Shown here: piece by piece, positions 58,500-64,000 of the stretch
Position numbering within the stretch: position 1 is the stretch's first letter
Layout of the letters: the number at the start of each line of letters is the position of its first letter
Assembly: GCA_000092065.1 (NCBI GenBank)
Contig: CP000583.1
Origin: Ostreococcus lucimarinus
Lineage: Eukaryota
DNA length: 64,000 bases
Strand: one strand, 5' to 3'
The notes under the pieces: generated by a model
The model's database searches: none
The model's input: only the letters and a program-made list of their open reading frames with translations
What the model was told of the DNA's origin: nothing
Translations under genes and position numbers: made by a program

Positions 58500-58653
58500 C
58501 GACTTGATGTTTTGGATCCCGAGCGAGACGTCGCAGTCTTGGCCCGCGAGTTCCGCGGACTTGTTCACGGTAACATCGTAATCAGAGATGTTGGACAACC
58601 CAACCAAGGAATCGGCGTCGATGTTGTGCGACACGCCATTCTTGGAAGAAATG
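58500..58653 (-). CDS. Beta-rich protein gene exon 3
   Basis: Acceptor CCCACGCAG. Encodes (S)ISSKNGVSHNIDADSLVGLSNISDYDVTVNKSAELAGQDCDVSLGIQNIKS. Donor GTGCGTAC at 58499. Confidence 0.5.
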
Positions 58654-58903
58654 CTGCGTGGGGCAAAAAGGGCACGCCAGGGTCAGTCGCTGAATTGCGA
58701 AGGATTTCTTCTTCCCCCTCCGCGCGCGCGCGCGTTCGCGCCACCGCGCGCGACGCGTTCGAAGACGCGTAATCTTTATCATCGCATGCGACATCCCTCG
58801 TCCGCGTTCCACCACCGCGCGACGCGACACGCGCGGCATCGATGGCGCAATTAATCGCTAAACGAGAAAGAATCCTCGCGTCGGCGCCCCCGATCGCGCG
58901 CAC

Positions 58904-59022
58904 CTCGGGCGGTAGTTCGGCTTGGCGTTCAGCGACACCGAACCGGAGCCGTTGCAGATCGGCGCGGAGGCGGAGATTTTAAAAGAATCTTCCGCGCACG
59001 AACCGTTACCGCCGACGACAAT
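58904..59022 (-). CDS. Beta-rich protein gene exon 2
   Basis: Acceptor GCGCGCAG after GCGACTGACTTTG. Encodes IVVGGNGSCAEDSFKISASAPICNGSGSVSLNAKPNYRP + AG. Donor GTGCGCGCG. Confidence 0.45.
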
Positions 59023-59140
59023 CTGCGCGCGCGCGAAACCAGTCGAGACAAAGTCAGTCGCTGACGTGTCGATGCGTCGCGAATCCCTATAATTCCCATC
59101 GCGCGATTCATCGCTCGCGTCGTCGCGTCGCGAGACGTAC

Positions 59141-59158
59141 GCGACCGGACATGGACAT
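59141..59158 (-). CDS. Beta-rich protein gene exon 1 (18-nt mini-exon)
   Basis: CACC ATG TCC ATG TCC GGT CGC (MSMSGR) with a Kozak-like CACCATG. It is followed immediately by the donor GTACGTCTCG. Confidence 0.4.
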
Positions 59159-59457
59159 GGTGGCTTCGTTCATTTTGTGAGTGAGTGTTTTTGTTTTGCG
59201 TGGGTGCGGTGGCGTGAGTGCGTGTTCGAACCGTGCGGACGAACGACGACGCGTCGATGAGTGCGGGCGCGATCGTCCCCGTCGTCCCCGTCGTTCCCGC
59301 GCGATCGGGATCGATATAAATCGTGTCGGGGGGTCAAATCGCGCATTGTACTTGTTTTTACGCCATGTACGTCGAAAATGATGCCCTCGAAGATTCCCTC
59401 GACGGCCGCGCGCGAAATGCTGACGCGGCATCGCGCGCCGTCGCGTATCTGTGATAC

Positions 59458-59520
59458 ATGTTTTTTATTTAGATTTAATATTGTTATTATACGTATATTT
59501 GTGCCAGCGCATACCCCCAC
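59458..59520. promoter_or_regulatory. AT-rich island (about 60 nt, over 75% AT) in the 820-bp divergent intergenic region between the beta-rich protein gene and RPL11
   Basis: catgttttttatttagatttaatattgttattatacgtatatttgtgcc is the most AT-rich stretch in an otherwise 65% GC window. It lies 450 bp upstream of RPL11 and 300 bp upstream of the minus-strand gene. Confidence 0.35.
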
Positions 59521-59977
59521 CCCGTCGTCCTCGCGAAAAAGCGTGGGGGGGTGGAAAAAGGCGCGCGCGGTCGGTCGGCGTCCGAATGTCCGAATGTCCG
59601 CCGAGCCGTCCGTGTGTGCGTCGCGTCTCGCGTTCGCGCGACGCGACGCCCGCGGCGCGCGACCGCGCGCGTCGGTCTTTTGTCGTCGCGCGACCGCACG
59701 AGTCATCATGGTGCGTTCGCGGCGAAGCGCGCGATCGATCGCGCGCGATGGCGCGGACGCGCGACCGCGCGCGCGACCGCGCGGCGTCGGTCGCGGCGCG
59801 GCGTCGCGCGGAAGCGCGGAAGCGCGATGATGGAATAGGGTTTTCGTGCGCGCGGTGGCCGACGACGACGACGACGACGACGGCGCCGGCGACGCGCGCG
59901 AGCGGTCGGCGATGGACGATACGGACGGTGGTGGATGTTCGCGTCGCGCATCGCGCGTCGATGGGGCGCGAACGGCG

Positions 59978-59983
59978 ATGGAG
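59978..59983 (+). CDS. RPL11: 60S ribosomal protein L11 (uL5) putative 6-nt first coding exon (ATGGAG)
   Basis: cggcgATGGAG|GTGATGG...GAATGACTGACGACGGATCGATCTTCGCGGTGCAG|GCTGAG. Splicing gives [11 protein letters not shown], close to the algal and human N-termini (M..KKAENPMR). The unspliced alternative, [20 protein letters not shown] from the ATG at 60004, is also in frame. That 53-nt intron is shorter than any other intron here. Confidence 0.4.
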
Positions 59984-60036
59984 GTGATGGAATCGAAGGA
60001 TGAATGACTGACGACGGATCGATCTTCGCGGTGCAG

Positions 60037-60567
60037 GCTGAGAAGACTGAGAACCCCATGCGGGCCATTCGCATTCACAAGCTCGTGATCAACATTTGCG
60101 TTGGGGAGAGCGGTGATCGTCTCACGAAGGCGGCGAAGGTGTTGGAATCGATCACTTCTCAACAACCGATCTTCTCCAAGGCGCGATACACCGTGCGTAC
60201 GTTCGGTATTCGACGTAACGAAAAAATTTCCTGCCACGTCGCCGTCGGTAACCGCGACAGGGCCATGACGATTTTGGAGAACGCGCTCAAGGTGAAGGAA
60301 TTCGAGTTGCTCAAGAAGAACTTTAGTGCCACGGGTAACTTTGGCTTCGGTATCTCCGAGCACATTGATCTCGGTATCAAGTACGACCCGTCCACGGGTA
60401 TTTACGGGATGGATTTCTACGTGGTGTTGGAGCGTCCGGGCTACCGCGTCGCCCGTCGCCGTAAGCAGCAAAAGAAGATCGGCAAGCAGCACAAGCTCAC
60501 CAAGAAGGATGCGATGTTGTGGTTCCAACAAACCTTCGAAGGCGTCATTTTGAACAAGGCGTACTAA
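60037..60567 (+). CDS. RPL11: 60S ribosomal protein L11 (uL5) main exon
   Basis: [172 protein letters not shown]... Near-identical in motif content to eukaryotic RPL11. Confidence 0.9.
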   Translation, partial: AEKTENPMRAIRIHKLVINICVGESGDRLTKAAKVLESITSQQPIFSKARYTVRTFGIRRNEKISCHVAVGNRDRAMTILENALKVKEFELLKKNFSATGNFGFGISEHIDLGIKYDPSTGIYGMDFYVVLERPGYRVARRRKQQKKIGKQHKLTKKDAMLWFQQTFEGVILNKAY

Positions 60568-61010
60568 GCGATTGCAGACGCTTCCCGTAGCTGTAGCCCC
60601 AGTTCCCGCGACGCGCGCGCTTTGTAACGCCACGTCACGTTCGTTCTAAAACCCTCTCACCGCATCGAGCGCGCGCGAATCACGACCCGTTCCGTCTCGC
60701 GCCGCGGATCCCCGCGCCGACGCCGCGCGCCGCGGCGGACCCGAGCCTCGCGTTCGCCCCGCGTCCCGGTCTCAGACACCCGGAAAACGCCCGACCCCAT
60801 CTTGCGCGCGCGCCCGCCGCCATCCGCCGCCGCACCGCGCGTCGTCGTCCGCGCGCGAATCAGCGCCGACGAAGGGAGGGTTTAATCGCTCGCGCCCGCG
60901 CCCGCCGTCGTCGAGCGCTCCGCGCTCTCCTCGCGCTCGAACGCGCGCGCGCGCGCTCGAGGGGGCGTCGACGTCGTTTTATCGCCGGCTCGACCGCGAC
61001 GAGGATAAAC

Positions 61011-62231
61011 ATGGCGACGGAGGCCACGGTCGAGGTCGACGCCGCGATCGCGCGCGATAAAGCGGTGAAGGACGCTTCGTTGGAGGCGTGCGAGAAGAAA
61101 TGGGGCGAGACGGCGTCGATCTTCGAGTACGGGAGCGCGGCGAATCCGGACATGAGGCCCATCCCGGTGCTCGTGCACCCGCCGGATTTGCACGAGCGCG
61201 GAGAGACGCGAGTGATCCCGTTTGATATCAATGATTTCTTGGAGATTGAGGAATCGTGTACGTCGCCGAATCTCATGGCGTCGTTCGTGAGGATCGTGAA
61301 GGGGGAGGCGATCGAGACGAGCGCGAACGCGACGAGTCAGGCGTTTTACGTGATTCGAGGGAACGGAACGAGCGAGGGCGAACACGGTAAGATTTCGTGG
61401 AGCACCGGGGATTTGTTCGTCGTGCCGGTGACGAGGGGGAAGATTCACCACGTGTGTGTCGATGCGGAGTCCATGGGTGGGGCCGCGCTGTACTGGGTGC
61501 ACGATGAACCCCTGATGAGCTACCTGGGCGTGAATCCGTCGAGCGAGAAGAAGTTTGAACCGACGCTGTATCGCCGTGAGGAGATGCTCGCGCGCGTCGA
61601 AGAAATCAAGCACGCGAGCGACCGCAGCAACAACCGGTGCGGTGTGTTACTCGGCAATACCGCGTGCTCGCAGACAAAGACGCTCACGCACGTTTTGTGG
61701 TCTCTGTTGAACTCGATTCCGGCGCAAAGCGTACAACGTCCGCACAGACACAACTCCATCGCCCTCGATCTCGCGGTCGCGGCGAAGCCGGGAGTGTACA
61801 CGCTCATGGGCAAGGAGATCGATCGCAACGGATTCATCATCGATCCCATTCGTTGCGACTGGGTCCCGGGCGGCGTCTTCATCACGCCCCCTGGGTGGTG
61901 GCACTCGCATCACAACGAGAGCGACGACGTCGCCTGGGTGTTGCCCATGCAAGACGCTGGTCTGTACACCCATCAGCGCACCTTAGACATTCGATTTGTC
62001 GATGACGAAATCGCTCTTCATGCTGAGGGTAAAATTCGAGGCAGCGCCTTCGCTGTGACGAACAAGCAGTACTTGCAACTCGCCCAAGTTGGCGGCTCGG
62101 TGCCGACGCCCAAGGGTGAGGCGGCCATGAAGCGCGTGCTCAGTGTCGAGTGCATGAGCATGCATGGCGACACGAAGCGCGCGCGAGCGACACAAATCGG
62201 CTCCGCCATCACGTCCCCGACCAAGGAATAA
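61011..62231 (+). CDS. Bicupin protein, gentisate 1,2-dioxygenase-like
   Basis: 406 aa from an ATG. Two cupin barrels. The second carries a metal-binding His cluster ...SVQRPHRHNSIALDLAV...ITPPGWWHSHHNESDD... The overall layout is that of gentisate/1-hydroxy-2-naphthoate dioxygenase-type bicupins. Confidence 0.55.
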   Translation: MATEATVEVDAAIARDKAVKDASLEACEKKWGETASIFEYGSAANPDMRPIPVLVHPPDLHERGETRVIPFDINDFLEIEESCTSPNLMASFVRIVKGEAIETSANATSQAFYVIRGNGTSEGEHGKISWSTGDLFVVPVTRGKIHHVCVDAESMGGAALYWVHDEPLMSYLGVNPSSEKKFEPTLYRREEMLARVEEIKHASDRSNNRCGVLLGNTACSQTKTLTHVLWSLLNSIPAQSVQRPHRHNSIALDLAVAAKPGVYTLMGKEIDRNGFIIDPIRCDWVPGGVFITPPGWWHSHHNESDDVAWVLPMQDAGLYTHQRTLDIRFVDDEIALHAEGKIRGSAFAVTNKQYLQLAQVGGSVPTPKGEAAMKRVLSVECMSMHGDTKRARATQIGSAITSPTKE

Positions 62232-62343
62232 ATTATGGACGACGACGACGACTTTGATCACCGAACGAAGCCGTCGATATAGCAAGATTCTCTAATCCTA
62301 TAATGAAACCATCTAGTCTGTAACTAACTACTCCTTCTCTCTA

Positions 62344-63657
62344 CTACTTCCCAGGCAGCTTGACGCGAAAACAAACGAAACTGAATACCATCATCAACGC
62401 GCACAGCCCAAGCAACACTCGATCGCTCGATCGACTGGCAACGAGCAACAACGCGACGACCAAGATGTTGAGCGGGATCCGGAAAGCGCTCGTCATGGTC
62501 GCTCGCATCTTGTTCGGCACGTACTTTGCCCGTAGTATGGACATCACGGGCCAATAAATCCCCAAACCGAACTCAAACGCGCAAAACGCGGCGAGTGTGA
62601 CCCAATACCCCGTGAACAACACGGCGATGGAAAAGCTGACGGCGGAGCCCACGAGAACCATCCGCAGAAGATTCTCGGCGGGAATCCTAGCCTCCAGCAC
62701 CTTGAACGCCTGGCTTCCGAACATTTTACACACCATGAACGCGCTGAACACGGATCCGTATGGCACCGTGGCGTCTATCGCCGACCTTTTCTCTAGAACT
62801 GGCGTCCATACGAAGACAAAGAGATGCAACGCGCCTTCGTAGAGAGAATTCGCCGCACCGAGGCGAAACAACTCCACCGAGCTCATAATCATTCTCACCG
62901 CACTAGAGATGCTCACCGCGCCGACTTGCGTATCATCGACCGCGGATGACCCTGGCGCCCCCAAATTTGCCGCGCTCGTCCGATTACTCCATAAAAACTT
63001 CGCCCCCGCGGCGCACAGCAACAGCGACAAGGCGCCGACGTCAAACGCCGGCGCGTACACGTTCTTCGACATCATCACCACGCTTCCTGACGTATCCGCC
63101 TCCGCCCCCATCTCGAGCCTAACCTCGTCCATTCCAATCCACGAGAACTGGCTCGATTCAGCGAATTCAACGACAAAATTCCCCACCAATCCCGCCAGCA
63201 CCGCGCTCGCCCCGTTGAACAACGTCGCCACGCTAAACACTCCCGCCAACTTTTTCCTATCGATCCCCATCGCGTCCGCCTCCGTGATCACCCACGACTC
63301 AAAGTTTGTAAACAACAACGAATACGCAATCCCCCCGAGTATCCGGCTCGCGATCAGCGTCGTCATCGCGCTCGACCGCAGCAACAAACAGCTCGCCGCG
63401 TACAGCGTCCCGTACGCCACCGCGAGCGCTCGGTGCCCGCGCGTGTCCCCGAGCGCGGCGCACGTCGTCCCGATCGTCGCGCTCACGACGTACCCGAGCA
63501 CGTATATGTATCCTATCTCTCGTTTCACCAGTCCGTGTCGGCGGTAGGCGGCGTACAGGTACGCCCCTTGGATCCAATCTCCGAACGTTCCGAGCGCGTA
63601 CACGGCGACGTATCTTCGGACGAGCGCGGCGTCGCTCGCGAGGCGAGGCGAGTTCAT
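62344..63657 (-). CDS. MFSD5: Major facilitator superfamily molybdate-anion transporter-like protein (MFSD5/MOT2 family, MFS_5)
   Basis: 437 aa with 12 predicted TM helices. Family motifs ...GDWIQGAYLYAAYRRHGL... (compare MFSD5 DWLQAPYLYKLYQHY) and ...ALHLFVFVWTPVL... (compare IFVFLWTPVL). Confidence 0.75.
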   Translation of the reverse strand: MNSPRLASDAALVRRYVAVYALGTFGDWIQGAYLYAAYRRHGLVKREIGYIYVLGYVVSATIGTTCAALGDTRGHRALAVAYGTLYAASCLLLRSSAMTTLIASRILGGIAYSLLFTNFESWVITEADAMGIDRKKLAGVFSVATLFNGASAVLAGLVGNFVVEFAESSQFSWIGMDEVRLEMGAEADTSGSVVMMSKNVYAPAFDVGALSLLLCAAGAKFLWSNRTSAANLGAPGSSAVDDTQVGAVSISSAVRMIMSSVELFRLGAANSLYEGALHLFVFVWTPVLEKRSAIDATVPYGSVFSAFMVCKMFGSQAFKVLEARIPAENLLRMVLVGSAVSFSIAVLFTGYWVTLAAFCAFEFGLGIYWPVMSILRAKYVPNKMRATMTSAFRIPLNILVVALLLVASRSSDRVLLGLCALMMVFSFVCFRVKLPGK

Positions 63658-64000
63658 GGCGATGCCCTTGAAGTTGACTACGCCGACCGACGGCGAGGCG
63701 ATCGAGCGCGGCGAAGTGAAGTCACGGCGCGATGGCGATTCGAGCGCATCGCCCGGGCGTCGGCGCGCGCGCCGGGCGACGCGCTCGCGAGGGACGCGCC
63801 GAGGGGACGATCGACGCGCGATGCGGACGTGGAACTCGCGAGACGAAGCGCTCGGGATGTGGTCTGAGTTTTGTTGATTCGAAAATCGTTTTTATTAAAA
63901 TGCAATCTTCTAAGTTGGTAGAGAGACGAGTTGGTAGAGAGACGACGCGAGAGCGACGTCACGCACGGTGAACCGCTTAGTAGAAGCCGAAGCCCTTGGC

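Overview
This window reads as a compact, very GC-rich (about 65%) eukaryotic nuclear region, not a prokaryotic one. I found roughly 40 protein-coding genes on both strands, no operons, no CRISPR array, and no rRNA or tRNA gene by eye.

The lineage call is inference only: the features below are consistent with a green alga of the Mamiellophyceae type (Micromonas or Ostreococcus-like).
- Intergenic spacers are tiny, and many divergent gene pairs have their start codons only 70-250 bp apart.
- Introns are few, short (53-240 bp, mostly 86-185 bp) and 5'-biased, and they look nearly identical in design: GTGCGT or GTACGT donor, a CTGAC branch motif 20-35 nt upstream of a YAG acceptor.
- TGTAA polyadenylation-like motifs sit just downstream of stop codons.

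Recognisable genes are mostly conserved housekeeping functions:
- Signalling and chromatin: VPS15 kinase, an FCP1-type CTD phosphatase, HAT1, XPB/ERCC3, THOC3, a DET1-like protein, a bromodomain protein.
- Metabolism: quinolinate phosphoribosyltransferase, TECR enoyl reductase, MsrA, a plastid-type amine oxidase/carotenoid desaturase-like enzyme.
- Organelle and cytoskeleton: TOM40, NFU1, a mitochondrial carrier, ARPC2, AAMP.
- Translation and folding: RPL10, RPL11, NAC-alpha, cyclophilin.
- Others: an MFSD5/MOT2-like transporter, a bicupin dioxygenase-like protein, an ACBP-domain protein, a protein with two tandem HVA22/DP1 domains.

The most unusual content is a secretory and cell-surface neighbourhood at about 48.3-59.2 kb. 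It holds a cysteine-rich protein with three copies of an apparently undescribed ~85-aa repeat, a type II membrane protein, a thioredoxin-like oxidoreductase, and a 1900-aa secreted giant built from IPT/TIG, LamG-like and 'DxAGN' Ig-like modules.

Many long ORFs in the six-frame track are GC-driven antisense artefacts. Several true genes are split by introns that the ORF track misses. Hand-derived splice coordinates may be off by +/-1 nt.
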